From an uncultured delta proteobacterium (lineage in GTDB: Bacteria > Myxococcota_A > Polyangia > Fen-1088): a stretch of DNA of 64,000 bases. Shown piece after piece: positions 52,615 to 62,548 of this stretch. The DNA lies in contig CAWCMR010000008.1 in assembly GCA_963796685.1 (NCBI GenBank), positions 224,001-288,000 of the forward strand, read 5' to 3'. How positions within the stretch are numbered: the first letter of the stretch is position 1; each line of letters opens with the position of its first letter. The notes under the pieces are model-generated. The model ran no database searches. It saw only the letters and a list, made by a program, of their open reading frames with translations, and had not been told where the DNA came from. The translations under genes and the position numbers were made by a program.

Positions 52615-54246
52615 TCAGGACGTTGCGTGCTCTCGGCTCCGCGCGCCCTCTGGGGTTGCCGGGTCGCCGCGGGTGCGGCGCACGAACATGAAACCGGCGC
52701 CCACGGCCCCGCCCGAGAGGAGGATGAGCACCATCCACGCGGCCACCCGGTGCTGGCGGGTGTCGTAGAACCAGTGATCGACGCGCGCGCGATCGTAACT
52801 GTTCTTGATGTCGAGGGCGAGGCGCGTGTGCCTTCGCCAGGGCGCGTCCGCGGAAGCCTGCTGCCAGCTGTCGCCGAAGGGCACGTGGCGCAGAAGCCAG
52901 AAGTGCCCGAGAATCGGTTGAAACGGCGTCAGCCACACCGTCGGGTAGACGTCCTCGAAGCAGCCTTCGCAGAATCCCCCCTTGTCTGCGGTCAGCGAAG
53001 CGCTACGGTTGGCTTGGCCCAGCCACTTGGTGCGCACGTCGAGGGCGATGCGCAGGAAGTGATCCCAATAGAAGGCACTGCCCAGGATCTGCACGCACAC
53101 CCCCGCGACCAGCAGCCCCGCCGCCAGCGAGCGTCCGGGCCAGCGCGCGCCCGACAAAAACGAAACGGCGGGCAAGAGCAACACCGGCACCGCGAACACC
53201 ATGTAGCGCGGCCCCCAGGACCAGTCGCCGGGCCACGCCGGGAAGCGCAAATAGACGAACATCACGGGCACGATGGTGGCCAGCATGGCGAGCACGGTCG
53301 CGCGATGGCCGCGCCAGAAACGCGGCAAGCCCAGGACCGCCAGTACGAGCGGCGGGGTGTAAAGGAAGATGCTCTTGCCCGGCGAAAACAGGAACCCCCA
53401 CGCGCTGAGCAAGACGTTCTCGACCATCACGCCCGCCACGTTCGTATACCCGGTCTTGGTGATGCTGCCGAAGCGGATGAAATTGTAGGTAAGGAGCATG
53501 ATCGCGCCCGGCACGAAGCCCAGCGCCACGAACCCCAGCGCGCGCACGAGCTGACGCCAGGCCTTGCGGTGCTCGAACGCGACGACCAGCAGCGCGCCAG
53601 GCATGCACAGCACGTAGATGTACTTGGTGTTGAGCAGCATGCCGGCCCACAACCCCGCGGCCAGGGCGGTTCTCCGATCGAGCCGCCGCGCAAGCTGCGA
53701 CAGCTCGAGGAAGAAGCCGGTGAAACAGGCGATCTGGACGATCTCGGTGAAGGGCGAGCGCGCGTAGACCCAGACCATGCTGCCCGTGGCGAGCAGGATG
53801 GCCGCATAGCGCGCGACCTTCGGCGAGGCGCCGTGCCGGAGACAGAGCAGGAAGAACAGCCAGGCGATCAGCGCCCCGAGCAGCCCGCCGGCGAGGTGGC
53901 AGGAAAAGACGTCCACGAGGTGGGCCACGTCGGGCTCCATCTTGAAATGCATGGCCAGGGCGCGGAGGGCGACGCCGGGAACGTGGAGCAGCGAGGGCAG
54001 CCACGGGTGGGGTCCGTAGAACTTACCGCCGCGCCCGGGCTCCGCGTCAGAAGGCCAACGCGTGGGCACCGAAACGCCGTGTCCCTGCACCATGGAGACT
54101 GCCACCTCGTACACCGGCCGCGCGTCGCCCCAGGGCACCTCGCGGCTCATGGTCGCGAAATAGAGACAGGCCACGGCGGCGAACAAATAGAATCCGGGAC
54201 GACCGCGAGATACCCAGCCGGCCATGAGGTGGAGCTTGCTTGCCAT
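52615..54246 (-). CDS. Polytopic membrane GT-C-type glycosyltransferase (PMT/ArnT-like)
   Basis: Many TM helices; WVYARS.F.E, FSPGKSIFLYTP, WSWGPRY. Start inferred at ATG 54246. Confidence 0.65.
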   Translation of the reverse strand: MASKLHLMAGWVSRGRPGFYLFAAVACLYFATMSREVPWGDARPVYEVAVSMVQGHGVSVPTRWPSDAEPGRGGKFYGPHPWLPSLLHVPGVALRALAMHFKMEPDVAHLVDVFSCHLAGGLLGALIAWLFFLLCLRHGASPKVARYAAILLATGSMVWVYARSPFTEIVQIACFTGFFLELSQLARRLDRRTALAAGLWAGMLLNTKYIYVLCMPGALLVVAFEHRKAWRQLVRALGFVALGFVPGAIMLLTYNFIRFGSITKTGYTNVAGVMVENVLLSAWGFLFSPGKSIFLYTPPLVLAVLGLPRFWRGHRATVLAMLATIVPVMFVYLRFPAWPGDWSWGPRYMVFAVPVLLLPAVSFLSGARWPGRSLAAGLLVAGVCVQILGSAFYWDHFLRIALDVRTKWLGQANRSASLTADKGGFCEGCFEDVYPTVWLTPFQPILGHFWLLRHVPFGDSWQQASADAPWRRHTRLALDIKNSYDRARVDHWFYDTRQHRVAAWMVLILLSGGAVGAGFMFVRRTRGDPATPEGARSREHATS

Positions 54247-54251
54247 GCGAC

Positions 54252-55808
54252 TCACCTTCCCGACACTCCCATGGGCGTCAATCGCCCAAAGCCTGAGCTG
54301 CCCAAGGGCGGCTTCTTGCACGCCCCATCCCTCCGGTAGAGCACGTAGGCGCCCTGCTTGGAAAGGGTGCGATAGCGAGCATCGTCCATGTGTTGACCCG
54401 GCCCCAGGAGGACGTAGTTGGCGGCGTCGAAATCGGACTTGGTTCCGGTCCACAGGATGGGCACGGGTCGGTGCAGATACGCGTATCCGCCGGTCCAGTA
54501 GGGATTCATGGTAGGCGCCGCGAGTCCACAGATGTCCACATGGGTTCCTGCTTGCTCGAAAAGGCGATTTCTCTCATCGAAGGCGCGCCAAACCAAGCTG
54601 GAAGTTGGGCCGCCATAGCCATAGGCGTCCATCAGTTGACCGATGTCGGCGAAGGTCACGCTGCGCGCGCGCACGGCAAAAGCGACCAGGAGCACCAGCG
54701 CCAGCGCGGCTGTGGCGGCGCCTCGCCGCGCGCGTGAGAAGGGAAGCCTCGACAGAAGCCCGGCCAGGCCGACCGCGGCGCAGAGAAGAAACATGGGCAG
54801 CACGGGATAGAGGAAGCGCAGCTCCTTGTGGGAAATGGCCGTGTGCACGCCAAGGAAGAACAGCGCGGGCAGCGCGACGGGCCAGGTCCGGCGCAGCCCG
54901 GCGAGGAAACCCAGGACCAAGACGAGCACCGCGGGTCCGTTGGCCGACAGCAGGACGCGCAGGTAGAAGCCACGCTTGGCGATTCCCCACTGGCTGGCTC
55001 CACCTTCAACCAGGTTGAAGCGCAGGTAGACGATGAGCGACTGGAACGGCCGGCCCCACGTCGCCCAGTCGAGAATTCCACCCAGCAGCAAAATCGCGGT
55101 GATACCGGCTGCGACCCAGGCAGCGGCACGCAGGCTTCGTCTGGCCGCGACGACGAGCAGGATCACGGGAAGCAAGATTCCGCTCTGGTAGCGCAACACG
55201 GTGGCCAACCCGAGCAGGGTGCCCGCGCCGACGAGCCCGAGCACGCCGTTCCCGCGCCCGCCCGGCACCGGACGAACCGCATAGACGGCGGCCTTGCCGG
55301 CCTGGCCCATTCCCCAGGGCCATAGCAGCCACAAGCCCCATGCCAGAAACGCCGCGCTCGCTACCTCGGCCATGGCGCGACTGCCATAGATGAGGCTCGC
55401 GGGGAAAACGCTCGCGAACACGCCCATGAGAAGCAACGCGAAGACCCCGCCCCAGGCCTCTGCCATGCGCAGCATGGGATAGAAGGTGGCCAAGGCCAGC
55501 GCGGCGAACATCAACTTCACCCCGATGACCAAGCCCGCGGCGCTCGCGACCCCGAGGAGCGAAAGTAGCTTCATCGCACCGCCGATCAGACCAGGCAGAA
55601 GCCACGAGCGCGCGCCGACTTTGAATTCCCAGGGCACGAGACCGTAGCCGAAAACCAGGCGATGCCCCTGCTCGATGGTTTGGAAGATCTCGTCGGCCCA
55701 AATCATGCCCTGGTCGTAAATCGCCCCGTACGCGCGCGGCAGCAGGATGGCCGCGCACAGGCCGAGCCACAGCCATGCGCGCGAGCTTGAAAGTGAGGGA
55801 CGCTTCAC
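54252..55808 (-). CDS. GT22 (Alg9/PIG-B-like) mannosyltransferase
   Basis: ADEIFQTIEQGHRLVFGYGLVPWEF..GARSW, LRYQ, HKELRFLYP. Start probably GTG 55808; the longer ORF extends into a repeat. Confidence 0.8.
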   Translation of the reverse strand: MKRPSLSSSRAWLWLGLCAAILLPRAYGAIYDQGMIWADEIFQTIEQGHRLVFGYGLVPWEFKVGARSWLLPGLIGGAMKLLSLLGVASAAGLVIGVKLMFAALALATFYPMLRMAEAWGGVFALLLMGVFASVFPASLIYGSRAMAEVASAAFLAWGLWLLWPWGMGQAGKAAVYAVRPVPGGRGNGVLGLVGAGTLLGLATVLRYQSGILLPVILLVVAARRSLRAAAWVAAGITAILLLGGILDWATWGRPFQSLIVYLRFNLVEGGASQWGIAKRGFYLRVLLSANGPAVLVLVLGFLAGLRRTWPVALPALFFLGVHTAISHKELRFLYPVLPMFLLCAAVGLAGLLSRLPFSRARRGAATAALALVLLVAFAVRARSVTFADIGQLMDAYGYGGPTSSLVWRAFDERNRLFEQAGTHVDICGLAAPTMNPYWTGGYAYLHRPVPILWTGTKSDFDAANYVLLGPGQHMDDARYRTLSKQGAYVLYRRDGACKKPPLGSSGFGRLTPMGVSGR

Positions 55809-55850
55809 CGAGGCCAAGAATGCCTGCTCGCTCCAGCCCGGTCCATAGAG

Positions 55851-55997
55851 ATGGGAACCCTCGAAGGGTTCCCAAACCCTCGGCACCTGCCTCCCGCCCT
55901 GCCACCCCCGCGCTGCGCGCGGCCTCGCGCGCTCTGGCGGTGCCGGGCAAAGCCCGGCTCCGCCTACGCGATAAGATGGGAACCCTCGAAGGGTTCT
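55851..55997 (+). repeat. Intergenic copies of the palindromic element (one full, one partial)
   Basis: ATGGGAACCCT-CGA-AGGGTTCCCA-AACCCTC...GCCGGGC-AAA-GCCCGGC-TCCGCCTACGCGAT, then ATGGGAACCCTCGAAGGGTTC abutting the nagZ stop. Confidence 0.85.
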
Positions 55998-57119
55998 TCA
56001 GGCGTCCACGACGGGCGAATTCACGGCCGACAGCACGGACACGCGCGCGAACGACTCGGCGAGGGAACGATTGTCGGCGGTGCCGAGCAAGGCTGACAAG
56101 GCATCGGCCGACACGGGCATGGGCACGCTCAGCTTGGCCTTGAAGCGCAACACCCGTTCGGCGCTCTCCTTGATGCGTGCGCGCACGGCCGGTTTGGCTT
56201 CGCCGGCCTTGACCAAGGCCTCGAAGGCGCGCACCTGGCGCTCGCGCGGCTCACGCACCAGGAAGTGGTCGACCCCGGCGAGAAGGCTCTCGACCACCAG
56301 ATCCTCGACGGCGAAGTGGTCGGCTACCGCCCGCATCCCCAGGTCGTCGCTGACCAGCATGCCGGTGAAACCGAGCTCGCCACGCAAGATGTCGCGGGCA
56401 ATCCGTCGCGACAGCGTGGCCGGCACCTTCTCGTCCCAGGCGGGATACAGCACGTGCGCGGTCATCAAGGCCTCGATACCAGCCCGGGTCGCTGCGGCAA
56501 AGGGTGCCAACTCCACCGAGCGCAGCCGTTCGTCGCCATGGGACACGCGCGGAAGCTCGAGGTGGGAATCGGTCTGGGTGTCGCCGTGGCCGGGAAAATG
56601 CTTGCCGCAACCGAGAAGACCGGCATCGCGCAGGCCGCGCCAGAAGGCGAGAGCGTGATCGGTGACCGTTTCCACCCTGCTCCCGAAGGCACGGTTACCG
56701 ATAACCGGGTTTCGGGGATTGGTATGCACGTCGAGCACGGGGGCGAAATCCCAGCCGATGCCGAGCGCGGCCAACTCCCCGCCCAAGGCGCGGCCCACCG
56801 CACGCGTGCGCTGAACGTCGCCGGCTGCGGCCACCGAGCCCATGTCCGGCCACACCGTCAGCGGACTGCGCAGGCGCTGCACGAGCCCGCCCTCTTGATC
56901 GACGGAAACGACCAGCGGCGCGGAGGGTGGGCCAGCCATGCGCAAGGCCGCCACCAACGCGGCTACCTGGGCCGGGCCTTCGATATTGGGGCGAAATAGC
57001 ATGACCCCGCCGACCTCGGAGTCAGAGATGCGATGCAGCAATTCGGTCGGCGCGGTCAGTCCATCGAACCCCACGGAAAGGAGCTGACCACAGGCACGTC
57101 GAAGCTGAAATTGCGTCAC
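55998..57119 (-). CDS. nagZ: Beta-N-acetylhexosaminidase (GH3)
   Basis: VDQEGGLVQR, FAPVLDV, KHFPGHGDTQTDSH, MTAHV, SDDLGM. Confidence 0.92.
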   Translation of the reverse strand: MTQFQLRRACGQLLSVGFDGLTAPTELLHRISDSEVGGVMLFRPNIEGPAQVAALVAALRMAGPPSAPLVVSVDQEGGLVQRLRSPLTVWPDMGSVAAAGDVQRTRAVGRALGGELAALGIGWDFAPVLDVHTNPRNPVIGNRAFGSRVETVTDHALAFWRGLRDAGLLGCGKHFPGHGDTQTDSHLELPRVSHGDERLRSVELAPFAAATRAGIEALMTAHVLYPAWDEKVPATLSRRIARDILRGELGFTGMLVSDDLGMRAVADHFAVEDLVVESLLAGVDHFLVREPRERQVRAFEALVKAGEAKPAVRARIKESAERVLRFKAKLSVPMPVSADALSALLGTADNRSLAESFARVSVLSAVNSPVVDA

Positions 57120-57337
57120 AACACGAACTGTACCCGATGAAAGCGCGACGAAAAGGGAGAGACGAAAGAATTCGATACGACGTCAGAGATCCCGAGCTGC
57201 GGAGTCCGCCGAAGCGGAGGAGGCGGGGACAAACACGACCAAATCGCGGGCCGAGCTGGTAGGGGTTTCCGCCGCAGCGGGCTCTTGCTATAAGGTCCCC
57301 TGCCTTGCGCACCCCAGGAAAAATCGAGGTTCACCGA

Positions 57338-59320
57338 ATGTCCCCAAAGACACGCAGCTTGCGTTTCCGGCTGGCGATTGGCCTGCCGCTCACCCTCGCC
57401 CTTGCCGGCACCTCGCCAGCCTGGGCTCAGATGGGCGGCATGAGCCCTGGCATGGGCCCCGGCATGGGCAATCCCGGCGGCGCGTCTCCGCACGAGGAGA
57501 AGGAAGAGGGACCGGCCGAAGCCGCGCCGGATGCCGAAGAGAAGGCCCCGACCAGCAAGGAAGACAGCGCCAGCCATCTCGAGCTGGCTCGACGGCGGAG
57601 CAAGGTCGTGGAGCTCGACGGGTACTACCGGGTGCGCACGGACTACCTCTACAAGATGAACATGGGGCAAGGCTACAACACCGGGGGCCCGGTTCCCGCC
57701 CTGCCCCCGTTTCCCGTTCCCGCCGAATGCCTGCCCTCGGGGGCGATCGGGAACAGCGGAGGCGGCTCGGCGGGTACCAAGACCGGCGCCTGCGACAACG
57801 GCCTGGGTGACGGCAACATGCGCCTGCGCATCGAGCCCACCATCAATCTTTCCGACCAGGTCCGCGTGCGCAGCCAGTTCGACATCTTCGACAACTTGAT
57901 CCTGGGCTCGACGCCCGACTCGCTCGTGAATCCGTACGTGCCCAATCAAAGCCCCACCGTTGGCCAAACCACCGCAGCTGCGCCTGCCGACGTCATGTCG
58001 AACACCCAGAACAGCTACGTCGGGAGCATCCTGGCCAAACGGGCGTGGGGCGAGATCGATTCCGAGCTGGGCTCGCTGCGCTTTGGCCGCATGCCCTGGC
58101 ACTTCGGCCGCGGCATGTACTTCAACCGCGGGGATTGCGCCGACTGCGAGGGCGGCACGACCGTGGATCGCCTCATGGTGCTCACGACCATCTATGGACA
58201 TCAGCTTGCCCTCGCCTCCGATTTCGGAGCCCAGGGGTATCACATCGGCTACACCGACCTTGGCCAGAACAACACGGGCGGTTTTCCCCTGGACCTCACC
58301 CAGAAGGACGACGTCACGCAGTACATGATCGCCCTCACGAAAATCGACGACGAGAAGACCTGGCGCGAGCGCGTCGAGGCCGGTGACGTGGTGGTCAATT
58401 ACGGCGCCCAGCTCGTGTATCGCAGCCAGGACTACGCGACCTTCAACGTTACCCCCTATTCAGGGTCCGCCTACTCACAAAGCGCACAAAATTCTCAGGC
58501 GCCGCTTTCGAGCACCGACCTCGGGGGCTCCATCACCACCAATGTCAACGCCTTGCTGTTCATTCCGAGCCTGTGGTTCAAGCTGGGATGGAAGGCCCTC
58601 ACGCTGGAGTTCGAGGGCACCATGCTCGCCGGCAAGATGGGCAATGCCGGTCCGCTGCGCCTCGACAACAGCAACCAGAGCGACCAAGGTCTCACCATCC
58701 TGCAGGCCGGCTTCGTTCTGGCCAGCCAGCTCAAGCTCTATGGCGACTCTCTCTTCATCGGCTTCGAGACCGGCGGGGCCAGCGGCGACCAGGCCGAGCT
58801 GGCCTACGATCCCACGAAACAGATCGCCGGCAGTAACGGCCTCTACTACCCCTACCTCAACTACCGTTGGAAGTTCGTGCCCCAACCCCCTGGTGACAAG
58901 AACCTGAACGACTTCCACTTCTCGCCCGAGTACCACGTGGACGAGATCCTCTTCCGCCGCATCCTGGGTACGGTCAGCAACGCGATCTACTTCAAGCCGA
59001 GCATCGCCTACTGGCTGGATCTGGATTCGCGACGCGAGCACGACGTCGGCGTCTCCGGCTCGATCATCTACAGCATCGCGCCGGTTCCGGTATCCACGCC
59101 GGGCAACTCGATCAACTACGGCGTCGAGCTCGACCTCGGGCTCCACTACCGCAACCAGCGCGAGAACATCTACGCGGGCGCCACCTGGGGCATCTTCTGG
59201 CCCATGGCCGCCCTCAGCCGCCCGCTCGGCAGCGTGGACACCGGCAGCTCGCTGTGGAACGCGCCCGAGGACACCAGCGCTGCGCAGGTCATCCGCACCT
59301 TCGTCGGGATCAAGTTCTAG
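57338..59320 (+). CDS. Myxococcales outer-membrane beta-barrel protein (TIGR04551-like)
   Basis: Signal peptide, LDGYYRVR, NMRLRIEPTIN.S.QVRV..QFDIFDNLILGSTPD, GRMPWHFG, FSPEYHVDEILFR, terminal F. Confidence 0.75.
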   Translation: MSPKTRSLRFRLAIGLPLTLALAGTSPAWAQMGGMSPGMGPGMGNPGGASPHEEKEEGPAEAAPDAEEKAPTSKEDSASHLELARRRSKVVELDGYYRVRTDYLYKMNMGQGYNTGGPVPALPPFPVPAECLPSGAIGNSGGGSAGTKTGACDNGLGDGNMRLRIEPTINLSDQVRVRSQFDIFDNLILGSTPDSLVNPYVPNQSPTVGQTTAAAPADVMSNTQNSYVGSILAKRAWGEIDSELGSLRFGRMPWHFGRGMYFNRGDCADCEGGTTVDRLMVLTTIYGHQLALASDFGAQGYHIGYTDLGQNNTGGFPLDLTQKDDVTQYMIALTKIDDEKTWRERVEAGDVVVNYGAQLVYRSQDYATFNVTPYSGSAYSQSAQNSQAPLSSTDLGGSITTNVNALLFIPSLWFKLGWKALTLEFEGTMLAGKMGNAGPLRLDNSNQSDQGLTILQAGFVLASQLKLYGDSLFIGFETGGASGDQAELAYDPTKQIAGSNGLYYPYLNYRWKFVPQPPGDKNLNDFHFSPEYHVDEILFRRILGTVSNAIYFKPSIAYWLDLDSRREHDVGVSGSIIYSIAPVPVSTPGNSINYGVELDLGLHYRNQRENIYAGATWGIFWPMAALSRPLGSVDTGSSLWNAPEDTSAAQVIRTFVGIKF

Positions 59321-59326
59321 GATCGG

Positions 59327-60187
59327 CTATTTCTTCTTCGGCACGGCGGCTTCTAGCGACTTGATGCGCTCCTGGGCGTCTTGCTCGGACGCCGGATCGT
59401 GCCGGTCGCTGGTGGCCAGGTACTTCTTGAACGCGGCCAGCGCCTCGTCGTAGCGGCGATCCTGCGAGTAGAGCAACCCGAGGTCGTAGTAGGCGCCTGA
59501 GAGCAGCGGGTCGTATTTGATCGCCTCCTGGTACTCGGGAATGGCGTCGTCGATGCGCTTCTGCTGCCGGTAGACCACCGCCAGGTTGAAGTGGGCTCGG
59601 CCGTTCTTGGGCTCGATATCGATGGCCTTCTTGAGCGCCTGGGCGGCCCCCTCCTTGTCCGAGGTCTTGGACAGCGCGACGCCGAGATTCGACCAGCCGA
59701 GCGCCTCGCCGGGCTTGAGCTCGGTGGCCTTGCGCAGGTTGGCGATGGCCTTGGAATAGTCGCCCTTTTGCCGATAGGCCGTCCCCAAGGTCGCGCGCGC
59801 TTCGTAGTCATCGGGCTGCAGCGACACCGCGGTCTCCAACTCCTTGATGCCCTCGTCGATGCGCTTCAGGCGAATGTAGAGCGCACCCAGGTTGGCGTGC
59901 CCCGCGGCATCCTTGGGCTGCAGCGCGGTGGACCGCTGGTAGGCCTGCGCGGCATTGTTGTAGTCGCCCTCGCCGCGGTAGAGATTGCCCAGGGAAAACC
60001 AGGCCGCGGCGTAGTCCTTGCGCGCGGCGATGGCCTTCTTCATTTCGGCGATGGCCTCCGCCATCTTGCCCTGCCTTTTCAGCACCAGGCCCTGGTTGTA
60101 GAAGACCGCCGCGTCGTCCGCCGCCGCCGGACCGGCCACGGCCAGCGCCAGGACGAACACCCCAGGTTGCAACCATGCATGCTTCAT
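59327..60187 (-). CDS. Exported TPR-repeat protein
   Basis: MKHAWLQPGVFVLALAVAGPAAA, then about 7 TPRs (AWFSLGNLY, GHANLGALY, AHFNLAVVY). The upstream part of the 954-aa ORF is an alternative frame of the receptor gene. Confidence 0.88.
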   Translation of the reverse strand: MKHAWLQPGVFVLALAVAGPAAADDAAVFYNQGLVLKRQGKMAEAIAEMKKAIAARKDYAAAWFSLGNLYRGEGDYNNAAQAYQRSTALQPKDAAGHANLGALYIRLKRIDEGIKELETAVSLQPDDYEARATLGTAYRQKGDYSKAIANLRKATELKPGEALGWSNLGVALSKTSDKEGAAQALKKAIDIEPKNGRAHFNLAVVYRQQKRIDDAIPEYQEAIKYDPLLSGAYYDLGLLYSQDRRYDEALAAFKKYLATSDRHDPASEQDAQERIKSLEAAVPKKK

Positions 60188-60228
60188 GGCTGCAAGCTTC
60201 AACCCGATGCGGGTTTCAGTCAACCGCC

Positions 60229-62547
60229 CTACCACTCGACATGCACGCCAGCAGACGGAAGCACGAGACGGTAGTAGTTCTCGTAGATCGATCCGTCCAC
60301 CTGGCGCTTGACGTCGAACACCTCGCGGCTGAGCGTCGCGTTGACCAGCTCCACGTACGCCTCCATCACGAACTTGTCGAAGATGAAGCGCTTGTCGCAG
60401 CGCAGATCGAGTTGCGGGAAGGCGGGCAGGTTGATGTAGTAGTCGACATCGCCGCTCTTGTTGTCGAACAGGGGGTAGGGCCTGCCGCTGTTGTAGTGGA
60501 AGCGCACCGAGGTCGAGTAGTTGCGCGGCCAGCGATAGCCGACGACGAGGTTGAGGATGTGCCGCTGGTCCCAGTCCGACGGCACGATGAAACCGTCCAC
60601 CACGCGCAGCGAGCGCGACAGGGTGTAGGCCAGCCAGCCGTAGAGCTTGTGCTTCATGGGCCTGCGGATCATGACCTCGAGGCCGTAGCTTTCGCCCTCG
60701 CGCGTTTGCAGAAGATCGCCGGCTTCCGGATCGGGGATGAGGGTGTTCTTGAGATCGGTCAGGTGCAAGCGCTGGTAGAAGACCGACGTGTCGAGGTCGA
60801 CGTCCAGGCCCAGGCGATCCTCCAGCGCGGATTCCACGCCAAGCGACGCCTGCTGCGATCGCTGAAGGCCGTAGGTGGCCAGGCCGAACGATTCGAAACC
60901 AGGCACGCCCACGGGCAGGCTGGGCATCTGCGAAAATTGCCCCACCGCGGCCTTGAGCCAGTCGTGGGGGCCCACGCGCAGGCGAACCGAGAGGCGCGGG
61001 CTGGCCGCGCCCTTCTCGGTCCCTTGCTCGAAATAGCCGTCGTAGCGCAACCCCGGCGCGACCATGAGCCAGTCGCCTGCGCGCAGGGTGACCCCGGTAT
61101 ACGCCCCCGCGGACAGAATCCTGCGGTTGCTGAAGAGGTCGGTTTCGTAGTCTTTGAGCGCCGGATAGAGCGCGACCATCGAGATGGGCCGCGCCCACTG
61201 GATCTCGGAATCGGCGCCCACCTCGAATTCCAGCCAGCGCCAGACCGACCAGCGCTCGGATATCCGCGGCGCCAGGGTGTACATCTTGGTGCCCACGGGC
61301 AACGAAAAGAGCGAGGTCAGGCTGACGGTGGAATCGTCCATTCCGGCCACGGCCGCCACGGTAAAACGGCCTCCGGCCAGGGCGCCGTCCCAGCGTAGTT
61401 GCGCGCGATGGAACATCAGCTTGGCCAGGCCCGGTGCGATGGACTGGGGCGCGTTCACGAAACCGTAGTCCGTCTTGTCCGGATTCTTCTGATCGAGGTT
61501 GTCGCCCGAGCCAAAGGCGAAGAAGGTCAGTCTGCCCGGTCCCAGCGTGTGCTGGACGCGAACCTGGTAATCCCAGTAATCGAGCGAATAGGCGTTGGAA
61601 AAGGCCGACAGGATGAGTCCCGTGTAGGAATAGCGGCCGGCCACCGCCACGGTGCCCTTGCCGTCGTCGAAAGGCGAAGCCGCGATACCGCCGGCGTCGA
61701 AGAGCCGCACGTCGGCCGACACGTGCAGGCGATCGGTCGCCGGGGTGGCGGTATTGGCCGTGACGATGCCCGAGACGTACCGTCCGTACTCGACCGGGAA
61801 GCCGCCGGGATAGAACTGCAGATCCTGAATGAAGAAGGGGTGAATCACCGAGGGTCCGAGGGCGAAGTGAAAGAGCGCGGGAGCCCGTACGCCGTCGATG
61901 AAGAAGCCGGTGTTGCCGGGGTTGGCGCCACGAATGGCGTAGAACGGCAGCGGCCACGTGGTCTGCGCCACGCCGGGCAAAGACTCGATGACGCGAAAGG
62001 GATCGCCGAGCGAGCCCGCGGTGTGTACCAGCTCTTCCTTCTTGAGGGCAATGGAATCGGCCGCCTGGGGCTCGGCGGTCACGACGGTTTCGTAGCGTTC
62101 GCCTTCGCTGCGCGGATCGAGCCGGACCACGAACCCCGACGTGTCGACCGCGATGGTCACCGGGCGCGTGGTGGGCACGTAGCCGGGACACTGCACGTGA
62201 AGCTGGTGCTCGCCGGGCGGAACCTCCAAGGTGAAGCTGCCGTCGGGGCCCGTCTCGGTGCCGGCGTGTGAGCCGTCACCCACCGCGATGCCGAGCGAGG
62301 CACCGACGAGGAGCTGGCGCGTTCCCCGCGCGAGCACCCTGCCCGACAGCTTCACCAGTGCCACCCTCGGGGCCTGGCCGGCAAATCCGGTCGGCGAGGC
62401 TTCGCTTGCACCGCCGTCCACTTCCGTCGCTCCGGCGTCGGCGCCAGGCGCACGTGCCTCGCCCGCGTCCGCCGAGCCGTCCACAGGGCCGGCCCCGCCA
62501 TCGACGGCGAGGACCATCAAGAAAGTGACCAGGAGAACCGACGACAC
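60229..62547 (-). CDS. TonB-dependent receptor with an N-terminal carboxypeptidase-regulatory-like domain
   Basis: GDPFRVIESLPGV..IRGANP..FFIDG..LFHF..FYPGGFPVEYGR plug; beta-barrel with DWDQRH and a terminal W. Confidence 0.9.
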   Translation of the reverse strand: MSSVLLVTFLMVLAVDGGAGPVDGSADAGEARAPGADAGATEVDGGASEASPTGFAGQAPRVALVKLSGRVLARGTRQLLVGASLGIAVGDGSHAGTETGPDGSFTLEVPPGEHQLHVQCPGYVPTTRPVTIAVDTSGFVVRLDPRSEGERYETVVTAEPQAADSIALKKEELVHTAGSLGDPFRVIESLPGVAQTTWPLPFYAIRGANPGNTGFFIDGVRAPALFHFALGPSVIHPFFIQDLQFYPGGFPVEYGRYVSGIVTANTATPATDRLHVSADVRLFDAGGIAASPFDDGKGTVAVAGRYSYTGLILSAFSNAYSLDYWDYQVRVQHTLGPGRLTFFAFGSGDNLDQKNPDKTDYGFVNAPQSIAPGLAKLMFHRAQLRWDGALAGGRFTVAAVAGMDDSTVSLTSLFSLPVGTKMYTLAPRISERWSVWRWLEFEVGADSEIQWARPISMVALYPALKDYETDLFSNRRILSAGAYTGVTLRAGDWLMVAPGLRYDGYFEQGTEKGAASPRLSVRLRVGPHDWLKAAVGQFSQMPSLPVGVPGFESFGLATYGLQRSQQASLGVESALEDRLGLDVDLDTSVFYQRLHLTDLKNTLIPDPEAGDLLQTREGESYGLEVMIRRPMKHKLYGWLAYTLSRSLRVVDGFIVPSDWDQRHILNLVVGYRWPRNYSTSVRFHYNSGRPYPLFDNKSGDVDYYINLPAFPQLDLRCDKRFIFDKFVMEAYVELVNATLSREVFDVKRQVDGSIYENYYRLVLPSAGVHVEW

Positions 62548-62548
62548 G

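Noticed and set aside
59327-62191. 954-aa ORF suggesting a large TPR fusion
   Set aside because: The first roughly 670 aa are an alternative frame of the TonB-dependent receptor; the TPR gene starts at 60187.
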